Assembly: GCA_047602405.1 (NCBI GenBank) | Contig: JASGHJ010000002.1 | Coordinates: forward strand, 480,001-544,000 | Origin: Anaeromyxobacteraceae bacterium | GTDB lineage: Bacteria; Myxococcota; Myxococcia; Myxococcales; Anaeromyxobacteraceae | Reading direction: 5' to 3' | DNA: 64,000 nt | Shown: positions 46,761-57,373 of the stretch, one piece after another | How the letters are laid out: the number at the start of each line of letters is the position of its first letter | How positions within the stretch are numbered: the stretch's first letter is position 1 | The notes under the pieces: generated by a model | Database searches by the model: none | What the model was told of the DNA's origin: nothing | Seen by the model: only the letters and a program-made list of their open reading frames with translations | Program-made: the position numbers and the translations under genes

Positions 46761-49493
46761 ATGTCAAAGCTCCCGTATCCGTCCTCGCAGGAGGACGCTC
46801 CGCTCTCCACGCTGCCCGCCGCCGCCCTCCGCGCCGTCTTCCGCGAGGGCTACGGCGCGGGCTCCCTGCGCGCCAATCTCATGGCGGGCCTCGTGGTCGG
46901 CGTCGTCGCGCTCCCGCTCGCGATGGCGCTCGCGATCGCGGTGGGCGTCCCCCCGCAGTTCGGCCTCTACACCTCCATCGTCGCCGGCCTCGTCATCGCG
47001 ATCCTGGGCGGCTCGCGGACGCAGGTGAGCGGCCCCACCGCCGCCTTCATCGTCATCCTCGCCCCATCTACGCGCGCTTCGGCCACTCCGGCCTGCTCGT
47101 GGCCGGCCTCATGGCCGGGGTCCTGCTCATCGGGATGGGCCTCCTGCGGATGGGGAAGCTCATCGAGTTCATCCCGCACCCGGTCACCACCGGCTTCACC
47201 GCCGGCATCGCGACCGTCATCGCGGTGCTGCAGGTGAAGGACCTCCTCGGCCTGCGGCTCGAGCACACCCCGGAGCACTTCGCGGAGCGGGTGGTGGCCT
47301 TCGTGCGGGCCGCGCCCACCGCCTCGGGCCACGAGCTCCTCGTCGGCGCGATCACGCTCTACCTGCTCCTCATGGTGCCGCGGATCACGAAGCGCGTCCC
47401 GGCGCCGCTCGTGGCCCTGCCGTTCGCCGCGCTCGTCGCGATCGCGCTCAGGACCTGGGCCGGCGCCGACGTCGCGACCATCGCGAGCCGGTTCCACTCC
47501 GTCGTGAACGGGGTGGAGGTGCGCGGCATCCCGCAGCTCCCCCCGCTCCCGATGCTGCCCTGGCTCGCGGCCGGCCCCGCGGGCGAGGCGCTCACCTGGG
47601 ACCTCGCGACGTTCCGCGCCCTCCTCGGCAGCGCCTTCGCCATCGCGATGCTCGGCGCGATCGAGTCGCTCCTCTCGGCCGTCGTCGCCGACGGCATGGC
47701 CCGCACCCGGCACGACCCCGACGCGGAGCTGCTCGCCCAGGGCGTCGGCAACGTGATCGCGCCGTTCTTCGGCGGCATCCCGGCGACCGGCGCCATCGCC
47801 CGCACCGCCACCAACATCCGCTCGGGCGGGCGCAGCCCGGTCTCCGCGGCGGTGCACGCCCTCGTGGTGCTCGCCGCGGTGCTGGTGCTCGCGCCCTTGC
47901 TCGGGTACCTGCCCATGAGCGCGCTCGCCGCGCTCCTCCTGCTCGTCGCCTGGAACATGTCCGAGGCGAAGCACTTCGTGCACACGGTGCGGGTCGCGCC
48001 GCGCAGCGACGTGGCGGTGCTGTTCACCTGCTACGGGCTCACGGTCTTCGTCGACATGGTGATCGGCGTCTCGGTGGGCATGGTGCTCGCCGCGATGCCT
48101 CTTCATGCGGCGGATGGCCCTCGTCACCGAGGCCGGCCCGGTCGACTCGGGCGAGCACGGCCTCCCCGGGCCCGTGCCGGCCGGCGTGGTGGTCTACCGC
48201 GTGTCCGGCCCGCTCTTCTTCGGCGCGGCCCAGAAGGCCATGCGCGCGCTCTCGGTCATCGCCGACCAGACGAGCGTGGTGGTCCTGCGGCTCGAGGACG
48301 TCCCGGTCATCGACGCGACCGGCCTCGTGGCCCTCGAGAGCGCGCTCGGGCAGCTCCACTCCCGCGGCGCGACCGCCATCCTGCTGGGCCTGCAGGCCCA
48401 GCCCCGGGAGTTCCTCGCGCGCACGCACCTCCTCCAGGCCTCCCACGTCATCGTCCTCGACACGCCCGAGGAGGCCCTCCGGGCCGCGGGCGAGATCGCC
48501 TCGACGCGGCGCCGGGACGCGCTCGGCGCCATCCCGCGCGACGTCTCCGTGCAGGACGTCATGCGCCGCGACGTGGCGTCGGTCCCGCCGGCGGCCACGG
48601 TCCGCGACGTCGTGGAGCTCATGCTCGCGCGCGGCCGGCGCTCCCTCCCGGTCGTGGACGGCGGCCGCCTCGTCGGCATCGTCACGAACGGTGACCTCGT
48701 GCAGCGCGGCGGGCTGGGCCTCCGGCTCGACTTCCTCTCCGAGCTGGGCTCGCCCGAGGTGCGGGCCGAGCTCGACCGCCTCGCCGGAGCGAGGACCGCC
48801 CGCGACGTGATGACCCCGTCGCCGGTGACCGTCGAGCCCGGGCTCGCGCTCCGGCGCGCGGCGGCGCTCATGACGAGGAAGCGCCTGAAGCGCCTCCCCG
48901 TCGTGGACGGGCAGGGCGCGCTCGTGGGCTGGCTCTCCCGCGTGGACGTGCTCCGCGCGATGGCCGGCGCCGGCGGCCCGGGCCTCGAGGCCCGGCCGGC
49001 CGCGTTCCCGCTCGAGACCACGCTCGCCGGCGTCATGCGCCGCGACGTCCCGGCCGTCCTGGCCGACGCGCCGCTCGCCGAGGTGCTCCAGGCGGTGGTC
49101 TCGACGCGCCTCAACAAGGCCCTCGTGCTCGACGCCGACCGCCGGGTGATCGGCCTCGTCACCGACGCGGAGCTCATCGACCGCATGACCGCCGCCGCGC
49201 GCCCCGGGATCCTCCGCTCGCTCATGCGCCGCGGCGCGCCCGAGGGGCTCACCGAGCAGCAGGCGAAGGCCCGCCGTGCGGCCGACCTGATGGTGGGCGG
49301 CGTGCCGATGGCCCGGGTCGACACGCCGCTCGGCGAGGCGATCGCGATCATGCTGAAGGCGGACCGGAAGATCCTCGCCGTGACCGACGCCGACGGCCGG
49401 CTCGCCGGCATCGTCGACCGCGCCGACCTCCTGCGCGGCGTCGCCCAGCACGGCGACGCCGACGGGACCCCGGCGCCCATCGCGAGCACCTGA
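46761..49493 (+). pseudogene. SulP/SLC26 (DauA-like) transporter with STAS and four CBS domains; two compensating frameshifts (~47064, ~48098), possibly assembly errors
   Basis: [50 protein letters not shown], four CBS repeats. Confidence 0.88.
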
Positions 49494-49508
49494 GCGTCCG
49501 GGGTCGGG

Positions 49509-50768
49509 TCAGGGCCGCGCCGCCCGGGCCGCCCGGTCGAGGAGGGCCGCCCGCTCGCGGGCGTTGCGGGTGAGCGCGGCGGCGAGCGCGAACGCCTCGG
49601 CGGCCTCGGGGCGCCGGCCGAGCCGCTCGAGGAGCTCGCCGCGGGCGGCGGGGAGCGGGGGGTAGCCCTCGAGCGCCGCCTCGTCCCGCAGCGCCTCGAC
49701 GAGCGCGAGGCCGTCGGCCGGGCCGTACGCGAGGCCGATCGCCATCGCGCGGTTGAGCTCGACGACCGGGGACGGCGAGACCTCCGCGAGGGCGTCGTAG
49801 AGCGCGGCGATGCGCGGCCAGTCGGTGGCCGCGGCGGTCGGGGCCCGCGCGTGCTCGGCCGCGATCGCCGCCTGCAGCGCGTACGGGCCGCGCGCCCCGC
49901 CGAGCGCACGGGCGCGCTCGAGCGCCGCGCGGCCGCGCCCGGCGAGCAGCCGGTCCCAGCGCCCGCGGTCCTGCTCGAGGAGGGACACGGCCGCGCCGTC
50001 CGGGCCGGTGCGGGCGCGGGCGCGGGCCGCGGTGAGCTCCATGAGCGCGACGAGGCCGTGCACCTCGGGCTCGTCCGGGGCGAGCCCCGCGAGCACGCGC
50101 CCGAGCCGGAGCGCCTCGTCGCACAGCGCCGGACGCATGAGATCCTCGCCCGCGGTCGCCGCGTGCCCCTCGTTGAAGACGAGGTAGACCACCTGCAGCG
50201 CCGCGGGCAGCCGCTCGGCGAGCGCGGCCCCCCGGGGCACCTCGAACGGCACCCGGGCCTCCGCGAGCGTCCGCTTCGCGCGCACGATGCGCTGGGCGAC
50301 GGTGGCGGGCGGCACGAGGAACGCGCGCGCGATCTCGTCCGTCTCGAGCCCGCACAGGAGCCGCAGCGTCAGCGCCACGCGGGCCTCGAGCGACAGCACC
50401 GGGTGGCAGGCGACGAGCACGAGCCCGAGGAGCGCGTCGCCCGCGGCGCGGGGGTCCTCCTCGTGCGCAACCGGCGCGGGGCCGTCCGCCGCCTCGAGCG
50501 CGAGCGCCCCGTGCCTCGCGTCGGCGAGGGCGCGGTGCCGGAGCGCGTCGAGCCCGCGGCGCCGCGCGGCGGCGAGGAGCCACGCCCCCGGCCGCTCCGG
50601 CACGCCGTCGCGGGGCCACTGCTCGAGCGCCGCGACGAGCGCGTCCTGCGCGAGCTCCTCGGCGGCGCCCACGTCGCGGACGAGGCGGGTGAGGCTCGCG
50701 ACGAGCCTCGCCCGCTCGAGCCGGAAGACCGCCTGGACGGCCCGGCGCGCCCCGTCCGCGTCCGGCAC
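49509..50768 (-). CDS. ECF sigma factor with long C-terminal extension (ECF42-like)
   Basis: AEELAQDA, CHPVL..RVALTLR, AQRIVRAK, YLVFNEG, YALQAAIAA, TDWPRIAALY. Confidence 0.9.
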   Translation of the reverse strand: MPDADGARRAVQAVFRLERARLVASLTRLVRDVGAAEELAQDALVAALEQWPRDGVPERPGAWLLAAARRRGLDALRHRALADARHGALALEAADGPAPVAHEEDPRAAGDALLGLVLVACHPVLSLEARVALTLRLLCGLETDEIARAFLVPPATVAQRIVRAKRTLAEARVPFEVPRGAALAERLPAALQVVYLVFNEGHAATAGEDLMRPALCDEALRLGRVLAGLAPDEPEVHGLVALMELTAARARARTGPDGAAVSLLEQDRGRWDRLLAGRGRAALERARALGGARGPYALQAAIAAEHARAPTAAATDWPRIAALYDALAEVSPSPVVELNRAMAIGLAYGPADGLALVEALRDEAALEGYPPLPAARGELLERLGRRPEAAEAFALAAALTRNARERAALLDRAARAARP

Positions 50769-50772
50769 CCGC

Positions 50773-51204
50773 CTAGCCTCGCTCCTGGAGCGTCGTGCGC
50801 AGGCGCGCCTCGCGCGCCTTCTCCTCCGGGGGCACCGCGTCGCCGAAGTCCTCCACCTCGAACAACGGCCGGAGCTCCAGGATCCCTTCCTCCCCGGGCA
50901 TCGGGTCGGGGCAGCGCCGCGCCCACTCGAGCGCCTCGTCCATCGAGCGCACCTGCCAGATCCAGAAGCCCGCCACGAGCTCCTTCGTCTCCGCGAACGG
51001 GCCGTCGAGCACCGTCTTCGGGGCGCCCGGCCGCATGACCACCCGCTTGCCGCGGACGGAGGGGTGCAGCCCGTCCCCGGCGAGCATCACGCCCGCCTTC
51101 ACGAGCTCCTCGTTGTACTTCCCCATCGCCTCGAAGAGCTCGGGCGCCGGCATCTTCCCCGCCTCGGAGTTCCGGGTTGCCTTCACGATGACCATCACGC
51201 GCAT
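50773..51204 (-). CDS. YCII-related (DGPF) protein
   Basis: YNEELVKAGV, DGPFAETKELVAGFW. Confidence 0.93.
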   Translation of the reverse strand: MRVMVIVKATRNSEAGKMPAPELFEAMGKYNEELVKAGVMLAGDGLHPSVRGKRVVMRPGAPKTVLDGPFAETKELVAGFWIWQVRSMDEALEWARRCPDPMPGEEGILELRPLFEVEDFGDAVPPEEKAREARLRTTLQERG

Positions 51205-51479
51205 GTCGTTCGCCTCTCGTCCTTGGGTTGTCGGCCCGGGTTCCCGGCCCGCAGCGGCCGGTGTGCCACCTGGCTCTACACCGACGTCGGGCGGGCGGCC
51301 CGATCATCGACACGCGCCCCATCGGAGGCGGTCACCGCTGACCCTGCGTCCGTGCGCTCGCCCCGGCGTTCCGGAGGCGCGCGAGCACCAGAGCCGGGGG
51401 ACAGCACCGAGGCCGGAGGCGGGCGCCGTCCCCCGAACCGCGGGCTTGCTCGCGCGTCCGCATCGGCCAGAATGCGCCC

Positions 51480-53387
51480 ATGGCCCAGCGCCGCATCGGG
51501 GACGTGCTCGTCTCGCGCCGCGTGGTCTCCGGCGCCATGGTGACGGCCGCCCTCGGGGAGGCCAAGCGCAAGAACGAGAAGCTCTGCTCGGTCCTGCTCC
51601 GGCACGGCGTCGAGGAGGGGCGGCTCGCGGGCGCGCTCGCCGAGCTGTTCGGCACGCCCGGCGTCGACCTCTCGCGCTCGGTGATCCCGCTCGACGTGCT
51701 GGCGCTCGTCCCGGCGGAGGTCGCCCGCGCCGACCTCGTCCTTCCGCTCTCCCGGGAGGGCGGCCGCCTCCACCTCGCCGTCGCGAGCCCCGAGAGCGCC
51801 ACCGCCCAGGTGGACGAGGTGCGCGTCTCGAGCGGCCTCGAGGTCTCGGTCTACGTCGCCGTCCACGCCTCCCTGAAGGACGTGATCGAGCAGGCCTACA
51901 CCGCCTCCACCCGCGGGCACCTCGTGTGGCGTGGGAAGGGCGCCAGCGCGTCGGGCCCGTGGGTCGAGCGCGTGCAGGCCGTCGCCTTCGCGCGGCCGCC
52001 GCAGCCGGCCCCTGCCACCCGCGCGGCGATGCCGCCCCCGCCGCCCGGCAGCCAGGCGACGCTCGGACGGCTCAAGCTCGACAGGGGACCCACAAACACG
52101 CAGCCCGCCGTGCAGGCCGCGCCCGTCCCGCGCCCGCCGCCCGCCCCCGCGCGCGCGACCGCGCCCGCGATCGTCCCGCCGCCGCCCGCCGCCCTCGTCC
52201 CGCCTCCCCCGCCGGCGCTCACGCCGCCCCCGCTGCCGCAGGCGCGGGCCCAGGCCGCCCCGGCGCCCGCGCCGGACCCGGTCGAGATCCTCCACGGCGT
52301 GCCCGCGCTCGACCTCGACGCGCTCGGCGGCGTGGAGGTCGAGCCCATCGAGGTGGAGACCGACGCGGTCGTGGTCGCCGCCCCCCAGGTGCCGGTCACC
52401 GAGCGCGAGATCGTCGTCTCCGGGGACGAGCCGGCGGCGGCGCCCGCCTCGCCGGCGCTCGACCTCGACGCCGAGGACGTCGTCGTGCTGGGCGACGAGC
52501 CCGCCCCGGCGCTGCCCCCCGCGGCCGAGCGCGCCGCCGCCGCCGCGGAGCCGCCGGCGCTCGACGTCGAGATGCTGGCGCTCACGCCGCCGCCGCGCCC
52601 GGGCGGGAAGCGGATCGTGCTCGTCGTGGACGACGAGCCCGAGGTCGCGCTCCTCGCGAAGAGGACCCTCGAGCACGCGGGCCACGCGGTCGCGACGGTC
52701 GGTGACGGCGAGGCCGCCCTCTCCGAGTCGGCGCGCCTGCAGCCGGATCTCGTGCTCCTCGACGCGATGCTCCCGAAGCTGCACGGCTTCGAGGTCTGCA
52801 TGCGCCTGCGGGCCGACCCGCGCACCTCGCGCATCCCGGTCGTCATCATGACCGCCGTGTACCGGGGCTGGCGGTTCGCCGACGACGCCCGCGAGGCCTA
52901 CGGCGCCGAGGACTACATCGAGAAGCCCTTCTCGCTCGACGACCTGCGGCGGCGCGTCGACGCGGCCCTCGACCGCGGCCGCCCCCGCCGCAAGCCGCCG
53001 CCGGGCTTCGCCGACGCCTACCGCCGCGGCCGCGAGGCCTTCCGCGCCGGCGACCACGCCGCCGCCGCGAAGGCCTTCGAGGAGGCGCTCGCGATCGACG
53101 CGTTCTCGCCGGAGGCGCACGCCGCGCTGGGCGTCACGCTGCGCGCGACGGGCGACCGCTTCCGCGCCATGACGATGCTCGAGCGCGCCGTGGAGCTCCG
53201 CCCCCAGGACCTCACCTCCCTGCAGGCGCTCGCGAACGTCTACGACCGCAACGGCTTCTTCCGCAAGGCCATCGAGGCCCTGGAGCGCGCCCTCGCCGCC
53301 GCGAAGGACGACGACGTGCGCGAGGCGCTCCGGAGCGACCTCATGGGCCGCCTCGACCTCGACGGCGCCACGTTCGCGGGGAACTAG
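51480..53387 (+). CDS. GSPII_N/MshEN-like + Pro-rich linker + receiver + TPR protein
   Basis: RRIGDVLV..VPAEVAR..VLP; VLVVDDE..LLDAMLP..EKPF; TPR-like helices. Confidence 0.85.
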   Translation: MAQRRIGDVLVSRRVVSGAMVTAALGEAKRKNEKLCSVLLRHGVEEGRLAGALAELFGTPGVDLSRSVIPLDVLALVPAEVARADLVLPLSREGGRLHLAVASPESATAQVDEVRVSSGLEVSVYVAVHASLKDVIEQAYTASTRGHLVWRGKGASASGPWVERVQAVAFARPPQPAPATRAAMPPPPPGSQATLGRLKLDRGPTNTQPAVQAAPVPRPPPAPARATAPAIVPPPPAALVPPPPPALTPPPLPQARAQAAPAPAPDPVEILHGVPALDLDALGGVEVEPIEVETDAVVVAAPQVPVTEREIVVSGDEPAAAPASPALDLDAEDVVVLGDEPAPALPPAAERAAAAAEPPALDVEMLALTPPPRPGGKRIVLVVDDEPEVALLAKRTLEHAGHAVATVGDGEAALSESARLQPDLVLLDAMLPKLHGFEVCMRLRADPRTSRIPVVIMTAVYRGWRFADDAREAYGAEDYIEKPFSLDDLRRRVDAALDRGRPRRKPPPGFADAYRRGREAFRAGDHAAAAKAFEEALAIDAFSPEAHAALGVTLRATGDRFRAMTMLERAVELRPQDLTSLQALANVYDRNGFFRKAIEALERALAAAKDDDVREALRSDLMGRLDLDGATFAGN

Positions 53388-55681
53388 AAGGAGAACTGGG
53401 CCCCGAGCGCCGGGGTGACCGCCCAGTTCGCGCTCGGGCGGTGCCTCGTGCGCGGGTGGAGCTCGTAGCCGAGCTGGGCCCGGATGCGCTCGAGGACCGT
53501 GAACGCCAGGGCCGCCTGGACCACGGGCCCCGAGCAGGCGGCGATGCGGCCCGGATCGAGGCAGGGCTTCTGGCCGCCCTCGTCGGCGGCGGTGAGGAGC
53601 CAGCCGCCGCGCAGGAGGAGGGCGGTCTGGGTGCGGTAGTCGGCCAGGAAGCCCGGCTGGATCTCGAGGCCGGCCAGGGCCGAGAAGGCCGGGCGCACCG
53701 GATCGCTCGAGATGAGCTGGGTGACCTTGTCGATCTGGAAGGCCGCGTGGAGGCGGGCGTGGGTGCGGCGCTTCGAGGGGAGCTCGCGGGCGTAGCCGAG
53801 CTCGAGGTCGCGCCCGAGCAGGCCCCAGGCCGTGTGGCGCGGCGGGACCCACGCGACCGCGTTGAGCGCGAGGGTGGACGCGAGCGAGAACGCGGCGCGC
53901 TCGGCCGCGGGCTGGTCGGAGGCGAGCCGCGCGACGACGTCGCCGACCCTGCGGCGGAAGGCGGCCATCGCCTCGTCGGCCTGGTCGCGCGCCAGCCCGA
54001 GATCGCGGAAGAAGAAGCGGTGCGCGGACAGGAGGCGGAGCGCGTGCCCGGCCTCGCCCTCGCCCACGCGCTCCTGCCACTCGAGGCCGTCCGGCCAGTG
54101 GACGCCGTTCACGGCCGGCGGGGGGACGCCGCCCATCGCGGCGCGGCAGTGGTCGTGGCGCACGCCCACCGCCTCGGCCGCGGTGCGCTTCGCGCAGTCG
54201 GAGTAGAGCCGGTCGAGGGAGACCTGCAGGAGGATGCGGAAGTCCTCGAGCGACGGCTCCTCGCAGGCCGGGGCGAGCTCGGGGTCGTGCTCGACCGCCG
54301 CCCGCATGCACGCGAGCGGGCGCCAGCCGCCGATCACCTTCGCCTCGCCGCGCTCGCCCTCCCAGGGCAGCTCCGGGAAGTGGAGCGGGGGCGCGTCCTC
54401 GCCCCGGCGCCGCGCGTCGCCGACCACGTCCTCGAGCATCCGCCGGGCGTCGTACATGCCGAGGTAGAAGTCGAAGACGCGGAACTGCGTCTCGACGAAG
54501 CCCAGGAACGCCGAGAGCGGCCGGCTGGCGGTGGGGAAGTGGCGGCGGGGGACGAGGGTGCGCCCGCCGATCTCCGGGTGCTCCTCCACGAGGGTGAGGA
54601 GCTCCTTGCCGCGGGAGGTGGAGATGAAGCCGTCGAGGATCCGCCCGAGCAGCGGGGTGAGCGAGGCGGGCGGGCCCTCGGAGGCGACCGGCCGCTCGCC
54701 GGGCCAGGCCGGCACCTCCGGCGAGACGTAGACGAACAGCACGTCGTCCGGCAGCGCGAAGCGCGAGAAGTCCGGGTGCGGCGCCCAGCGGCGGCCGCTG
54801 CCCTCGGGCACGAGCCCCGCGCCGGCGAGGCGTGCGGCGAGGCGCAGGGGCGCGTTGTCGAGGATGCCGCCGTCGACGAAGAGATCCGAGCGCGCCCGCG
54901 CGGCGGTGCAGGGGCCGGCGTCCGCGCCGGCCGGGTCGTAGACGCAGTGGGCGAGCGGCTGCGGCTGGAAGGCGACGGGGAACGCCGCGGAGGCGAGCAG
55001 CAGCTCGCGCAGCGAGCGGAACGGGACCTCGCCGTCGGGGAGCTCCGGCAGCAGGAGCTGGGCCACCGGGAAGTCCGGGTCCACGTAGTTCCGGATGCTG
55101 GGCGCCGTCCCGGGGCCGCGGCCCCGGATGCGCACCACGAACTTCTCCTCGATGCGCGGGACGGTGATGAGGCCCCCCGCCGACCGCACCTCGCGCGGCG
55201 TGACCCGGGTGACCGAGACGCCGAGCACGACGTCGCAGCCGGAGTCGAGCCCGAGGGCGAACGCCGCCTCGATGGCGTCCGCGGAGCGCTCGAGCGCCCC
55301 GCGCGAGAACGCCGCGAGCGCGCCCGGGCTCCCGGCGGTGAGGCCGTTCAGGCCGAGCGGGATCCACGACTGCCAGAAGAGCCCGTCGGCGGGCCGGGTG
55401 CCCTCGACCCCGCAGGCGGTGATGACCGAGATGAGCCCGTTCACCGCGCCCGCCGAGGCGCCGGTGATTGCGCGCACGCGGGCGAAGCCCGGGTTGGCGC
55501 GCGTGACGAGGAGGCCGTAGTGGAGGACGCCCGCCTCGTAGGCGCCGAGCGAGACGCCGCCGGCGATCGCGAACACGAGGCTCGCGCCCTCGGCGTGCCG
55601 GCGGGCCGGGGCGGGCGGATCGGCGCGGGCCGCGCCCGGGGCGAGCGCCGCGGCGAGGACGAGCGCCGCCGCGCGCCGCAT
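53384..55681 (-). CDS. Secreted patatin-like phospholipase
   Basis: GGVSLG, GASAG, ASAAFP, DGG; signal peptide. Confidence 0.87.
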   Translation of the reverse strand: MRRAAALVLAAALAPGAARADPPAPARRHAEGASLVFAIAGGVSLGAYEAGVLHYGLLVTRANPGFARVRAITGASAGAVNGLISVITACGVEGTRPADGLFWQSWIPLGLNGLTAGSPGALAAFSRGALERSADAIEAAFALGLDSGCDVVLGVSVTRVTPREVRSAGGLITVPRIEEKFVVRIRGRGPGTAPSIRNYVDPDFPVAQLLLPELPDGEVPFRSLRELLLASAAFPVAFQPQPLAHCVYDPAGADAGPCTAARARSDLFVDGGILDNAPLRLAARLAGAGLVPEGSGRRWAPHPDFSRFALPDDVLFVYVSPEVPAWPGERPVASEGPPASLTPLLGRILDGFISTSRGKELLTLVEEHPEIGGRTLVPRRHFPTASRPLSAFLGFVETQFRVFDFYLGMYDARRMLEDVVGDARRRGEDAPPLHFPELPWEGERGEAKVIGGWRPLACMRAAVEHDPELAPACEEPSLEDFRILLQVSLDRLYSDCAKRTAAEAVGVRHDHCRAAMGGVPPPAVNGVHWPDGLEWQERVGEGEAGHALRLLSAHRFFFRDLGLARDQADEAMAAFRRRVGDVVARLASDQPAAERAAFSLASTLALNAVAWVPPRHTAWGLLGRDLELGYARELPSKRRTHARLHAAFQIDKVTQLISSDPVRPAFSALAGLEIQPGFLADYRTQTALLLRGGWLLTAADEGGQKPCLDPGRIAACSGPVVQAALAFTVLERIRAQLGYELHPRTRHRPSANWAVTPALGAQFSF

Positions 55682-56790
55682 CAGCGGACCTTGCCCCGCG
55701 GCGCGCGGGGGGCGGCGGCCTTCCGGGGCGCCCGGGCCGGCGCGGGGACCCCCGCCGCGACGTCGCCCGACGCCACGACCCGGTTCCGCCCGGTGCGCTT
55801 CGCCTCGTAGAGGGCCGCGTCGGCGCGGTCGAGCACGGCGTCGACGCTCTCGCCGCTGCGCCAGGCGACGACGCCGGCCGAGACCGTGATGCGCACCGGC
55901 TCCCCGCGGGCCTCGAACCGGAGCCCCTCGACCGAGGCGCGGATGCGCTCGAGCGCGCCCCGCGCGGTGGCGAGGGGCGTCTCGGGCAGCATGACCACGA
56001 ACTCCTCGCCGCCGTGGCGCGCGAGGCGGTCGGTGGCCCGCAGCGACCGGCGGATGGCCCCGGCGACCGCCTTGAGCGCGTCGTCGCCCACCGCGTGGCC
56101 GAAGCGGTCGTTCACCAGCTTGAAGTGGTCGAGGTCGAGCATCGCGAAGCAGAGGGGGCGCCAGTAGCGCTCGGCGCGGCGCACCTCCTCCTCGGCGAGC
56201 TCGTAGAGCTGGCGCCGGTTGAGGGCGCCGGTGAGCGGGTCGGTGGTGGCGAGCTCGCGCAGCCGCTCCTCGGTGCGCTTCTGCTCGGTGACGTCGGCGA
56301 TCCCGAGCATCCAGCGCGTGCCGCCGTCCTGGTCGAGCGCGCGTGCGTCGAGGAGCGCCCAGAACAGCCGGCCGGTGGCGGTCTCCACCTGCGCGATGAC
56401 GCCGTCGACGGCGGCCTCGCGGCGGAGCCGGTCGAAGAAGCTCTCCACGCCGATCGCCATGTGGATGGCGGGCGCGGTGCGGCCCACGAGCTCACGCTCG
56501 GTGGACTCGAGGATCTGCGCGGCGCGCTGGTTCGCGAGCAGGACGCGGCGGTCGGCGGGGTCGATGAGGAGCAGGGCGACCGGGGCGGCGTCGAGCAGGC
56601 GGCGGAGGTTCTCCTCGCCCGCCTCGAGCCGCCGGGTGCGCTCCTCGACCAGCCCGGCGACGTCGTTGAAGGTGCGCGCGACGAGGTCGGCGTCGGGATC
56701 GGTCCCACCCCGCGGCAGGCGGTGGGAGAGCTCGCCACGTGCGAGCCGCATCAGCCCCTCTGCGAGCTCTGCGGGGATCCTCGAGGACAT
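55681..56790 (-). CDS. HAMP-like/PAS diguanylate cyclase
   Basis: TDPLTGALNRR, DLDHFK.VND.FGH..GD, RATD-x5-GGEEF, RADAALYEAK..GRN. Confidence 0.94.
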   Translation of the reverse strand: MSSRIPAELAEGLMRLARGELSHRLPRGGTDPDADLVARTFNDVAGLVEERTRRLEAGEENLRRLLDAAPVALLLIDPADRRVLLANQRAAQILESTERELVGRTAPAIHMAIGVESFFDRLRREAAVDGVIAQVETATGRLFWALLDARALDQDGGTRWMLGIADVTEQKRTEERLRELATTDPLTGALNRRQLYELAEEEVRRAERYWRPLCFAMLDLDHFKLVNDRFGHAVGDDALKAVAGAIRRSLRATDRLARHGGEEFVVMLPETPLATARGALERIRASVEGLRFEARGEPVRITVSAGVVAWRSGESVDAVLDRADAALYEAKRTGRNRVVASGDVAAGVPAPARAPRKAAAPRAPRGKVR

Positions 56791-56935
56791 CGCGCGTGGG
56801 TGAACCGTACCACGCCCGCCCCGCGCCGGCCCGCGCCCGGGTCGCGGCGGGCGTCCCGCGAAGGCGGGGGTGCGCGCCCGTGGCGCCGGGCAGGGCGTTC
56901 GATCCATCATCCGGAGCGGGGGGAGGGAGCACCTC

Positions 56936-57289
56936 ATGGGAACGCCTACACCGGCCGAGCGCCGGCACTACCGGCGCGTGCGCGCGCCCATCCTCGTGCG
57001 GCCCGCCGGGCGCGTGGCCTCGGGCAAGCTGCTCCGCCCGGTGGGCGACATCGGCCGCGGCGGCGTGCGCGCGTACGCGGACGAGGACCAGCCCGTCGGG
57101 ACGCGCGTGGAGATCGAGCTGCTCTTCCCGGGCGGCGCGCCCGCGCACGTGGTCGCCGAGGTGGCCTGGGTGCAGCGCCTGCCGCCGGGTGCGCCCGCGC
57201 GCTTCGAGGTCGGCATGCGCTTCCTCCAGATCCACGCGGACGACGTCGCGCGGATCGACGCGGCGTCGGAGCTCGTGAACGACGGGTAG
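56936..57289 (+). CDS. PilZ domain protein
   Basis: ERRHYRR (RxxxR), DIGRGG, AEVAW, GMRF. Confidence 0.88.
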   Translation: MGTPTPAERRHYRRVRAPILVRPAGRVASGKLLRPVGDIGRGGVRAYADEDQPVGTRVEIELLFPGGAPAHVVAEVAWVQRLPPGAPARFEVGMRFLQIHADDVARIDAASELVNDG

Positions 57290-57373
57290 CAGGGGGCCGT
57301 CCGGCCGGCGGTTCCCGATCGACAGGCGCGGCGGCGCGTGGTTTCTTCGCGGTCTCTCGACAGGAGCGCCCGC

